Part shown: piece by piece, positions 30,655 through 39,813 of the stretch
Numbering within the stretch: position 1 is the stretch's first letter
Layout of the letters: each line of letters begins with the position of its first letter
DNA from: Promethearchaeia archaeon
GTDB lineage: Archaea > Asgardarchaeota > Lokiarchaeia > Sigyniarchaeales > SOKP01
Assembly (NCBI GenBank): GCA_029856045.1
Contig: JAHQWG010000035.1
Span: 73,213 to 137,212, forward strand
DNA length: 64,000 nt
Direction: 5' to 3'
Made by a program: the position numbers and the translations under genes
Notes under the pieces: generated by a model
Database searches by the model: none
What the model saw: only the letters and a program-made list of their open reading frames with translations
What the model was told of the DNA's origin: nothing

Positions 30655-31377
30655 ATTTCTAAAAGTCAATATAAGAAAAAATCGAAATCCTCAATTAAAT
30701 ATCGACCCTATATTATTGTAGATGAGAGAGAACCAAAAATCATTAAAGAGATACTTGATAATATAGGGTGTGATATTATTAATCAAACTCTTGATATAGC
30801 CGACTATATTCTCTCTGAAAAAGTAGCTGTTGAAAGAAAACGTGGTGATGATTTTGCAAAATCATTATGTGATACTCGGCTTTTTGAACAATTATTAAGA
30901 TTAAAAGAGTCTTTCGAATCACCAATTTTAATTTTAGAGGATTTTGAAAAAATGTTCTCACGACCAAAAATGAAAATTGATTCTCTCTACGGTGCTCTTA
31001 TTTATATTGCAAGAAAGTTTGGATATCCCATTATTCCTACTAGAAATATAGCGGAAACCGCGACTTGCTTAAAGAGAATCGCAATTCGTGAGCAAGTTAA
31101 AAATCCTGCCCCTTTTTTTTCTCGAAATGCCCCAAAAAAAATGAATAATGAAGAAAGGAAAAAATTCATTTTGGAGGGTCTATATGATACTGGACCAAAA
31201 CTCGCTAAAATTTTAATTAAAAAATTTAAAACCCCATACGATGTTCTCTATGCAATATATAATTCAAAATTAACATTTACAAAAACGGGAAATCCTAAGG
31301 GAGTTGAAGGACATTTAGGAGAAATACGGGGTATAGGGTTCAAATGGGTTGAAAAAAATAAGAAATTATTTGAATAA
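30655..31377 (+). CDS. xpf: XPF/ERCC4-family nuclease, short form (probable ATT/ATA start)
   Basis: Frame upstream of the tracked Met encodes IIVDEREP..LDIADYILSEKVAVERKRGDDFAKSLCDTRLFEQ..PILILE; C-terminal HhH motifs GPKLAK and IRGIG. Confidence 0.85.
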   Translation: MSKSQYKKKSKSSIKYRPYIIVDEREPKIIKEILDNIGCDIINQTLDIADYILSEKVAVERKRGDDFAKSLCDTRLFEQLLRLKESFESPILILEDFEKMFSRPKMKIDSLYGALIYIARKFGYPIIPTRNIAETATCLKRIAIREQVKNPAPFFSRNAPKKMNNEERKKFILEGLYDTGPKLAKILIKKFKTPYDVLYAIYNSKLTFTKTGNPKGVEGHLGEIRGIGFKWVEKNKKLFE

Positions 31378-31434
31378 AATTTATAATTACAATTTTTATT
31401 AAAAATTGTTAAAGAAAAAAAGAGTAAATTATTA

Positions 31435-32304
31435 TTATTCACTGGGATGATACTGTGGTTTTATAACAAATCCCAGCGTCATTATACACCATATAATTAG
31501 ATCCATTATTTCCGAGACCCATACAAGGCCCCAAGGGGGTTCTCCAATTGTCATGAGGAAAGGTCTTAAAATTGATGAAATCAAATATGCTATCCAAGCA
31601 ATAGATATGATTAAACTATGTATTTCAGGCAGTCTTTTATATTTATAAAGAAATAGATAAGTAACAATAGACAGGATAATAATTGGTAACAATAAAAAAA
31701 CATGAATATCTTTTATTAGTCCAAAAGTAGGAACTACAACAATGTATATAGTCCAAGAGGAAATGAATATAATAAGCATTAAATATAAATATTTTTTATT
31801 ATAATCTGCCATCCATATCGATAATAATAAACCCACCATTGGAACTGTATTCGCCAGTATTAAGAGCCATCTTATTTTAGCATACCATATCAAAATTGGA
31901 TCTATAGCGATATATATTTCAAAATCATAGCCACCAAAAAGGTTGAAAAGATATAGATCATATGCTTTTGCTACAATTAATATAAAAGTAGTAAGCGCCA
32001 TCAGGAATGGTAAGTCTGTAAAAAAATGTTTTTCCGACTTAAGCCATTTATTTAGTAAAAAAAAACCTAAAAATACTAACACTATTTCTCTAGCTATAAT
32101 AGAAATGGTTAATAAAGGATCTACATTAAATTCCATACCACCTGGAGGTAATTGAGCAAGAACAAAAGAACTCAAAAATCTAAAAAGATTTAATATCGCA
32201 ATTATAAAGCCCATAATAAGGATTAAATACAATTTATTTAGTTTTGTGGAAGTCATAAGAATCAAATTAAAATATTTTAAAGGTTTTTGATATAAAATTT
32301 GCAT
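31435..32304 (-). CDS. Multi-pass (about 7 TM) membrane protein
   Basis: Seven to eight hydrophobic segments; start uncertain. Confidence 0.7.
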   Translation of the reverse strand: MQILYQKPLKYFNLILMTSTKLNKLYLILIMGFIIAILNLFRFLSSFVLAQLPPGGMEFNVDPLLTISIIAREIVLVFLGFFLLNKWLKSEKHFFTDLPFLMALTTFILIVAKAYDLYLFNLFGGYDFEIYIAIDPILIWYAKIRWLLILANTVPMVGLLLSIWMADYNKKYLYLMLIIFISSWTIYIVVVPTFGLIKDIHVFLLLPIIILSIVTYLFLYKYKRLPEIHSLIISIAWIAYLISSILRPFLMTIGEPPWGLVWVSEIMDLIIWCIMTLGFVIKPQYHPSE

Positions 32305-32472
32305 TATTATTTAAAAACATCTATATAAAAGATTTTGAAGATTAACTGTATTTAACGTATTATTTTTTTAACTTTCGAAATTAATTGAAATTTTAAATGA
32401 ATTTTTATACAGAATGATTTTTATATACAAGAAATTACAAATATCTTGTTTCTTATTATTAAAATGGCTTTT

Positions 32473-32949
32473 CTAACCATAATATATAAGCAAATTATTA
32501 AATAATGAAATTCCTGTTAAGATAATTCCAATCAAGATAAAAATGACATTCCATTTAAAGTCGTCATAAGGTATATTGGATATTTTTTTATTATTAAATA
32601 GTAAAGGGATGCCAGTCGGATTTAATGCATCCAATAATATATGAATTTCAAAAATAAACCACATTGAAATGGCTAAAAATATTGAAAAAGGAAGATTAAT
32701 TAAAATTCCAAATAATCCTAAGATTATTGCCAATCCGATAAGTAATGGAGAGAGTGGAGAGTGTGTCCAAAAATATCTTTTATGTTTAATAAACAATTTA
32801 TAATCAAGGATATCATTTATTATTCCCGCTTCAAAATAAATTGGCAACATAAAAAAATAAATAACTCCAATATTTTGAAAAAAATTAAAAATTGTTAATA
32901 AAAAAGAGCCGATTCCAAGACTCATAAATCTATGAGAGTTTTTTTTCAT
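32473..32949 (-). CDS. YdjM-like membrane metal-dependent hydrolase
   Basis: N-terminal H, DILD, HKRYFWTHS, HILLDALNPTGIPL. Confidence 0.8.
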   Translation of the reverse strand: MKKNSHRFMSLGIGSFLLTIFNFFQNIGVIYFFMLPIYFEAGIINDILDYKLFIKHKRYFWTHSPLSPLLIGLAIILGLFGILINLPFSIFLAISMWFIFEIHILLDALNPTGIPLLFNNKKISNIPYDDFKWNVIFILIGIILTGISLFNNLLIYYG

Positions 32950-33101
32950 TTTATCTTCTTATTTATTGTTTTCTAAATAAAAAATTCCAATTTTTAGAAA
33001 GAATATATACTCCTTATTATTAAAGAAAAATGTTTTCTTTTTTTTTATTTAAATAGATCTATTTTATTTTTCACATAAATTTCCAAAATTATTAAAAAGA
33101 G

Positions 33102-34250
33102 ATGTTTAGTTTGCAAATTGAAATACAAGAAAATACATTTTATTGTAAAAAATGTATTAATCATAAAGGATGTATCAGCGTAGAGATAGGAAGTGATGGC
33201 ATTTGCAATCACTGTAAAGAACCTGATAAACATTTTGTTGTCCCAATATCACCCGAATTAAAAGAGCAAAAACGTAAAGAAATGGAAAAAATCCTAAAAA
33301 AAATAAAAGCCAAACATAGAAATCGGGAATATGACTGTGTGATTGGTTTTTCTGGAGGAAAAGATTCTACATATCTGTTGTACATTCTTGCCGTTAAATA
33401 TGGACTTAATGTTCTTGCAGTTTCAGTAAATTCAGGTTATATGAATAAGGTTGCTTTAAATAATATTAAACAAACGATTAAAAACTTAGGTGTAGAGCAT
33501 ATTTTTATTAAACCACCAATAGAAGTATTCACTAAATTATATCGCTGGCACATTATTAACTATGATTCTAACGATTTACCTATGATGAAGAAAATCTGTG
33601 ATAATTGCACTGATCTTATTGACTCGCTTGTGATTAAAGAAGCAGCACGTAGGGGAATCCCTTATGTTTTTATTGGGCTTTCGCCAGACGAGAATGCAAG
33701 ACATTTCTTTGAAATTCCTAAAGAAAAATTAAATCATTCCTTGTTACCTAAACATTGGAAATCTGATTTTTATAGTAATGAGGATAGAAAATGGTGGTGG
33801 GATCCAAATGAATTTGGATCAAAAAAGGCACCTCGATTGTTATTTCCTCTTCACATCTGGCCGTACAATGAGAAGGAAGTCATTGCAACGGTTGAGAGAG
33901 CAGGTCTCGTAAGGAGAGGTAAAGCTGATCCTCTAAAAACTAATTGCATTCTTATCTGGGCTATAGGTATGTATGATATAATGCGATTTGGACACCATAT
34001 GTATAGACTACAAATCGCAAAATTGGTACGACAGGGATTAGGAGACAGAGAGCATTGGTTGGAGATTTTTAACAGGTTAGAACCTCTCGTAGCGAATGGT
34101 GAGTTCAATACTCAACAATTAGATCGTTTTTTTAAGCAAATAGGTATGACAAGAGATGAATTGATAGAATTAGCTCGATTTAAACGGAAAAATGATCCTC
34201 GAAGGGATAATATTGAGAATGCTATGAAATTAAAAGGAATTTCCTTATAG
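33102..34250 (+). CDS. PP-loop ATPase, N-acetyl-sugar amidotransferase-like
   Basis: CKKC..GICNHC, YDCVIGFSGGKDSTY, CDNC, TNC. Confidence 0.8.
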   Translation: MFSLQIEIQENTFYCKKCINHKGCISVEIGSDGICNHCKEPDKHFVVPISPELKEQKRKEMEKILKKIKAKHRNREYDCVIGFSGGKDSTYLLYILAVKYGLNVLAVSVNSGYMNKVALNNIKQTIKNLGVEHIFIKPPIEVFTKLYRWHIINYDSNDLPMMKKICDNCTDLIDSLVIKEAARRGIPYVFIGLSPDENARHFFEIPKEKLNHSLLPKHWKSDFYSNEDRKWWWDPNEFGSKKAPRLLFPLHIWPYNEKEVIATVERAGLVRRGKADPLKTNCILIWAIGMYDIMRFGHHMYRLQIAKLVRQGLGDREHWLEIFNRLEPLVANGEFNTQQLDRFFKQIGMTRDELIELARFKRKNDPRRDNIENAMKLKGISL

Positions 34251-34313
34251 CTTTATTTTCTTTTTTTTGTCTTTGGTCTTCTTTTTATTAAAATATTTAT
34301 TTAAAAACTATTT

Positions 34314-35534
34314 TCAGTAAACAAGATCCACTATTTTTTCTGCTTCAGGAATTAATTGTAGTTTAGGATTTAATTTTCCTTTTTCTAGATTAAATATTAT
34401 ATGATCTTCAAATAATTCTCCTGATGGTGTGATAACTCTTTTCCAACTTGGAATATATCCTCTAACTTTAAATCCAACATCACAAAATATTCTTTGATGA
34501 TTAGGTTTATAGGCTGATACAAAACATTCAATATAACGAACTTTTTTTTCAGAAGCATATCGTTTAAGTTCTTTAAGTAAGACAAACAATTCAATATCAT
34601 TATTCACATTATACTTAATCTTTTCGATGTTTTCAACAGTTGGTGTATATAAGAATTTGATATTGGAATCTGTTTCTAAAATCTTAATTATAACCTTATG
34701 ATATCCAAATTTATCAATTTCTTCATAAATTTTTACACTTTTTCTATTCCAAATCTTCCTATCTAAATTAAAATCATATTGAACTATTGGTTCTAAATAG
34801 TTTGCCTCTTCAAGATTATATTGTTTTTGAATAAATGAATATATCTTATTTATCTCTGGTATTAGAACAGGATTTTTTTTCCGTAAAGAAGATAAAACTT
34901 TCTCTGAGTAAATTGTATGGAAGATATCTGATTCTATATTATTTAAGAAAATATCCTTATTAGGTAGAAAAGCTAAGGGTTTTATACCACAGATATTTGC
35001 TAAATATTGTGATTTTATATGAGCTGTTCGACATTCTGCGTACCATATATAAATAATATTTTTGAATGTACCCCACATTCCAATCATCGAGCCAATCATT
35101 AATTTCTTAACATTTGTAATTTTCTGATATTTCTTTTTTACTAATAACCCTCTCATATAACCTTTTTTTTGTTTTCTATTTAATACGTAAGTAAAACATC
35201 CTATAGTCTTTCCTCTAGGTGTTCTGAATAATACCCAATAATAATTTTTATTCAAAATCATCTTTTGAACTTCTACCGGATCTTCCATTTCTTTATAAGG
35301 ATATGTACCGTTATAGCAATCTTTATAAATTTCAGTTATATCATAGGCATCTTCAGGTGAAGCTAAGGTCAAACAGCAATCTAACCTATCTAAATTTTTA
35401 TCAATCTCGAAATTTAATTCCATATTTTCAGTTAGATCTGGATTAACTCCAATTTTAGTAAATTTTTCAATAAATTTTTCTGTAGAATCTGAGGTTATCA
35501 ATTTGGTTTTTATTATAAAACTACTTGAAGCCAT
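34314..35534 (-). CDS. Tandem GNAT acetyltransferase-like protein
   Basis: ASPEDAYDITEIYKDCYNGTYPY, LLVKKKYQ, YAECRTAH.KSQ, GFKVRGYIP. Confidence 0.7.
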   Translation of the reverse strand: MASSSFIIKTKLITSDSTEKFIEKFTKIGVNPDLTENMELNFEIDKNLDRLDCCLTLASPEDAYDITEIYKDCYNGTYPYKEMEDPVEVQKMILNKNYYWVLFRTPRGKTIGCFTYVLNRKQKKGYMRGLLVKKKYQKITNVKKLMIGSMIGMWGTFKNIIYIWYAECRTAHIKSQYLANICGIKPLAFLPNKDIFLNNIESDIFHTIYSEKVLSSLRKKNPVLIPEINKIYSFIQKQYNLEEANYLEPIVQYDFNLDRKIWNRKSVKIYEEIDKFGYHKVIIKILETDSNIKFLYTPTVENIEKIKYNVNNDIELFVLLKELKRYASEKKVRYIECFVSAYKPNHQRIFCDVGFKVRGYIPSWKRVITPSGELFEDHIIFNLEKGKLNPKLQLIPEAEKIVDLVY

Positions 35535-35863
35535 AAAAAAATCAGCATTACTATCTTTTAATTCTTTTAAAATTTGATAGGAACTGTATAAAATGAGGAT
35601 ATTTAAAGAAAAAATTAAATTACATTACTAAAAGAATTGTAAAAACTTTTCAAACATAAAAACAAATAAGATCTAAGAATTTGAATACATTTTATTATCA
35701 AAAATTATAATATTTAGACAAATACTATTGAATAATTATAGGTTTTAGATAATATGGTATTAAAATTTAATTAGTAAATTTCTATTTGATTAAAAATTTT
35801 TATTTAAATATGTCTGTTTTACTCTCCTTTAAAATAAATTTAGAAATAATTTTGAAACCATAA

Positions 35864-37027
35864 GTGAGAAAAATGGTATTAGAATATGAATTAGTAAAAA
35901 AAATCTATCAAACCCATGACTTAATAGAAATTGAATATGCTTTAGAATCTATCCTTGAAATTTCCGATAAACGATTGAAATCTAGAATTGTAAGTGAAAT
36001 TTTAAAATATCTAATTGAGAAATTTTTTGATAATATCTATAAAATAGCTGTTTATATCTGCCGTGATAATTCTGAAATTGTTGGATTTGTTATTGCTCAA
36101 ATAGATCCTAGTTATCGAAGTTATGGTAAGTTGTGTGCTACTTTTGGATGGTTACGGGCTGATTCCTTAGAAACATGCAAAAAACTTATGAATGCTTGTG
36201 AAAATTTTGCTAGAAAACATGGATTTCGAAAAATTAGAGGACCAATTAATTATCCAAAAGGTTTAGGTGGTATTGGAGTTCAAGTAGATGGATTTAATGA
36301 GAAGTTATTTTATGGTGTTGCTTTCAATCCTATTAATATAGCAGATTATTTAGACAAGTTGGGATTTAAACGAGATGCCGAATATATTTGTGTTCATGTG
36401 ACAGAAAAAACTTGGAAGAAGGGAAAAAAAATAGATAATAATGTTTGTTTAAGATTTCTTCCTTTAAAAGATATAATTGCAAAAGAAGAAGAGATTATGG
36501 AATTGACATCTAACGCGTTTAATTTCATTTTGCCTGATCATAGTGGAAGTGGTAGGTTTGATGAAGTTATGAGACAATATGCTGCAGTACCAAAAACTCA
36601 TTATAAATTGCCACCAAATTTTAACCCAAGAAACTATTCCGATATTCCAGAGTTTATTGAAGCATGGGAATCTTGTGACCTAGAAAATGTAGTTACATGG
36701 GCTCCGATAGCATTTAATAGTTATACAGGAGAGATTGTTGGAGCCATCTTTTCACTTCCTGATCTTTATCAACTATGGCTTAGAGAACCAATTACACGGG
36801 TTAATGTTGATACTGTTTTTGTTAAACCCGGTTATACAGGTAAAGGAATATTCTCTGCATTAAATAACATCGGACAGATCACTACCGGATTCAACGGGAT
36901 AAAATATATTGAAGGAACACATATCTGGAATAAGAATGAAGAAGCGGTACAGTCAATCTTTCCTCATACTAAACCTTTAAGAAAGCATATTATTTTTCAA
37001 AAAAGATTGCGTGCTCATAAAAAATAA
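35864..37027 (+). CDS. Tandem GNAT protein (YghO-like)
   Basis: VGFVIAQID, ATFGW, KIRGPIN, FN..Y...LGF, SLPDL, VKPGYTGKGI. Confidence 0.75.
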   Translation: MRKMVLEYELVKKIYQTHDLIEIEYALESILEISDKRLKSRIVSEILKYLIEKFFDNIYKIAVYICRDNSEIVGFVIAQIDPSYRSYGKLCATFGWLRADSLETCKKLMNACENFARKHGFRKIRGPINYPKGLGGIGVQVDGFNEKLFYGVAFNPINIADYLDKLGFKRDAEYICVHVTEKTWKKGKKIDNNVCLRFLPLKDIIAKEEEIMELTSNAFNFILPDHSGSGRFDEVMRQYAAVPKTHYKLPPNFNPRNYSDIPEFIEAWESCDLENVVTWAPIAFNSYTGEIVGAIFSLPDLYQLWLREPITRVNVDTVFVKPGYTGKGIFSALNNIGQITTGFNGIKYIEGTHIWNKNEEAVQSIFPHTKPLRKHIIFQKRLRAHKK

Positions 37028-37040
37028 AATCAATATTCAT

Positions 37041-37739
37041 TTATTTTTTAATTATTTTATCTATTAAGTCCTTTATAACATCAGATGATTTTCTCAGACT
37101 TATAAATCCAACTAAATGAAGACTTTTAAAAATTTTATTTTTTACTTGATAATTTACTGTGCTCATTTTAATTCCTATTTTATTACATACGTGTACAAAA
37201 GGGATGGAATTTATTCCCAATGCAATCATTGTTAAAATAAAAATTACTCCCACTATTACATCATCTTTTGTATTTTTTATATAAGGCCAAAATTTTTTAA
37301 AAATCTCTTGAGATTTATTAGTAAAACCTTTGTCAAATCTAAAAATTTCTTTTATTTTGTTTATTTTTTTGATAATAACGGTCTTTCTATCTCTTTTAAA
37401 ATAAGTCGGATAAAAAATCGCTGCTTGCTTTAAAATTTCAGTAAATTCTTTTTTATTTGAATTGATCTTTTCTATAAAATCAGCAATTCTAATATCAAAT
37501 CCTTTTGCTTTAAAAACCATATAAATTATTACTGGGGCTAACTTTTTTGGTGACCTTGATTTAGTTCCTTTTCTCATCTGTTTCCATATCTGTAAAAAAA
37601 TCTGAAAACATTCTTCATATAAGTTTGGATATTTTGCCAAATCCAAAATAATTATCAATTTGTTTAAAATTAATTCAAAACTATCAATTACAGTTTTCTC
37701 ATAGTAAGAATATTGAATAAATTGTTCAGATTTGCTCAT
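37041..37739 (-). CDS. TFB-like protein with cyclin folds only (no Zn ribbon); paralog of 5836-7092
   Basis: Shares KGTK.R.P.KL.PVI, RDRK..I.KKIN, KFWP.IKNTKDDVI.GV and KIGIKMST.NYQVKN with the upstream paralog. Confidence 0.75.
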   Translation of the reverse strand: MSKSEQFIQYSYYEKTVIDSFELILNKLIIILDLAKYPNLYEECFQIFLQIWKQMRKGTKSRSPKKLAPVIIYMVFKAKGFDIRIADFIEKINSNKKEFTEILKQAAIFYPTYFKRDRKTVIIKKINKIKEIFRFDKGFTNKSQEIFKKFWPYIKNTKDDVIVGVIFILTMIALGINSIPFVHVCNKIGIKMSTVNYQVKNKIFKSLHLVGFISLRKSSDVIKDLIDKIIKK

Positions 37740-37760
37740 GAATAGTTTTTAAATTAAAAA

Positions 37761-37775
37761 TATTTAAATAAAAAA
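37761..37775 (-). promoter_or_regulatory. T-tract + TATA promoter motif
   Basis: Minus strand T6-A-TTTAAATA; TATA 29 nt before ATG 37739. Confidence 0.6.
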
Positions 37776-37786
37776 GAGATTTACTT

Positions 37787-38950
37787 TCATAAGTTAAGTA
37801 ATATTGGACTTTTAGGAATTTTAACTTCCGACATTATTTCTTTTTTTAAATTGTTGTCATAACGGAACTCATTACATTTATATTCCTCTAAATTTAGAGA
37901 AAATGGATAATAAAACTTACATATTGAATGATAAATAAATTGGAACCAGAGATATGGAATTTTTTTCAACATGTTATTATCATCTTGTTCAATATTATAG
38001 AAAATAAATCTCAAATCTTCAAATCCATTTTGTGTTAATGAATTTAAAGGAGGAAATGACTCATATTTCAAAAGATCTAATGATAAATTAGAATTAGGAT
38101 TATTTAAAATGAGAATTAACTTATTTTGGAAATTTTTTTCTATGTTTTTTCTTAAAATGAATTTTATAATAAAAATTGAAGAAATTATTTTTCTTAAGAA
38201 GATAGGAAGCGTAATAGGAAATTTAATTAAAAAAATTCCCTCCTGTATTTTATCAAGAGTCCAAGACTCAATATTAATTTCATTTAAATCTTGCATAATC
38301 ATGTGAAAATTTATATGATACAACAATTGGTATAAAATCGAGATGAATTTATCATTTATTTTTGAGCCAAAATGTTTCAATTGGTTGATATTTTTATTAC
38401 CAGATATGAAGCTCTCAAATGGATCGTTATTTAATAATAGAGTTTCAATCTCTATTGCTTCTATTTCGGTTAATTTAAATATAGATTTTAAAATTTGCGT
38501 AATTGAATTATACCAAATAAAAGGATTAATCTTTGAAGGACGAACAAATAAGTTTTGATACATATCTGAATTAAAATAAATAGTATTTACTTGAGATTTA
38601 AATATATTATGGCGAAAAAGTTCATTATTAAAATCAAAAATCACAACCGAATGATTTTTCATATTAATAATACCCAATTCTTTATCTTCCTGAAATAATT
38701 GAACATATTGAGAAATTAAAAACTCTACCAACTTAGTTTGATCTTGAAAGTGATGAATTTTGCTTGAAATAAAGATGTTTTCTTTTTTAAATACTCTATG
38801 AATAAGAGAGTAAAACACAAATGGGTTAAGATAATAGATTTTTTTTTTTGATGATTTCTGAAAAAATCTTTGCCTATTTTTGAAGTTTCTTATTAATTCC
38901 CAATCAGTTTTTTGTAATCTATTGGATATTTTACTGAAATTTTTAATCAT
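37787..38950 (-). CDS. Hypothetical protein, possibly a highly degenerate HerA/VirB4-like fold
   Basis: NIFISS, VVIFDFNNEL, INPF, GIFLIKF, LILILNN occur in HerA-like order. Second Met (38950) sits 32 nt from the promoter motif. Confidence 0.5.
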   Translation of the reverse strand: MIKNFSKISNRLQKTDWELIRNFKNRQRFFQKSSKKKIYYLNPFVFYSLIHRVFKKENIFISSKIHHFQDQTKLVEFLISQYVQLFQEDKELGIINMKNHSVVIFDFNNELFRHNIFKSQVNTIYFNSDMYQNLFVRPSKINPFIWYNSITQILKSIFKLTEIEAIEIETLLLNNDPFESFISGNKNINQLKHFGSKINDKFISILYQLLYHINFHMIMQDLNEINIESWTLDKIQEGIFLIKFPITLPIFLRKIISSIFIIKFILRKNIEKNFQNKLILILNNPNSNLSLDLLKYESFPPLNSLTQNGFEDLRFIFYNIEQDDNNMLKKIPYLWFQFIYHSICKFYYPFSLNLEEYKCNEFRYDNNLKKEIMSEVKIPKSPILLNL

Positions 38951-39072
38951 ATCAAGAAAGTTATAAGACATAAGCTTTTAAAGAAAAAACATCATTTCAT
39001 CTTTTTTTCTTTATATATTTTGATTATTATTTTCTCATAAAAGGTAATTGAACGATCAAATTTTGATGAGTA

Positions 39073-39405
39073 ATGAGTAAAACAAGTGTGTTAAAAATAT
39101 TTGGAGTATTTTCAATAGGTATAATATCATTAGTGGTATTTTTCCAAGATGAAATTATGGTCCATCTTATTGATCCAATCCAAGAAATTTTTAGATATAT
39201 ATTTAATTTAATTCCAGTGATATTATTTTCCGCAGCCGGAATATTTTTAATAAGCGGATTTATAAGTAAAAGGAATAGAGTAAGTTGTCTCATATTCAGT
39301 GCATTATGTTTCTTATTTGGGTTCTGGTTATCTAATCCAAGTGGTTTAGAAGATATTGCAAATATGTTTGCTGGAAGACCAGTAACTCCAAAAGGTTGGC
39401 ATTAA
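39073..39405 (+). CDS. Small three-TM membrane protein
   Basis: Hydrophobic segments; T7-C-TTTATATA at 39002-39017. Confidence 0.65.
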   Translation: MSKTSVLKIFGVFSIGIISLVVFFQDEIMVHLIDPIQEIFRYIFNLIPVILFSAAGIFLISGFISKRNRVSCLIFSALCFLFGFWLSNPSGLEDIANMFAGRPVTPKGWH

Positions 39406-39430
39406 GTAAAAAAATGGGGGTAAATATAAA

Positions 39431-39688
39431 ATGTATAATTTATTTCAATTTCCAGATTTAATTGATATATTTACAAATCAATTACCTGTAAACTTGGCAG
39501 AGTTTTGGCAGTTTTTAACAGCAATTCTTTCATTATTGGGATTAACAGGACTTGTTATTTCAATTGTGTGCCTTTTACTCTCAATTAAAGTAAAATTTAA
39601 AGGATTATTGAGTTTTATGATATTTTCATTGATTTTATGTTTAATTTGCGGCTTCGATACCGGATTGATCTATTTTAAGATTATTTAA
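39431..39688 (+). CDS. Small two-TM membrane protein (pilin-sized)
   Basis: 85 aa helical hairpin with basic loop KVKFK; GGGGT SD. Confidence 0.65.
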   Translation: MYNLFQFPDLIDIFTNQLPVNLAEFWQFLTAILSLLGLTGLVISIVCLLLSIKVKFKGLLSFMIFSLILCLICGFDTGLIYFKII

Positions 39689-39813
39689 ATTAAAAATTTC
39701 TTGCTTTAAATTAATTTAAGAGGAAAATATTAACTATTTTCAATTATTCTAATTTTTTCTTTTAAATATCTTCATTGTATAATTATTTCAAAATTTAAGA
39801 AATTTTGATAATA

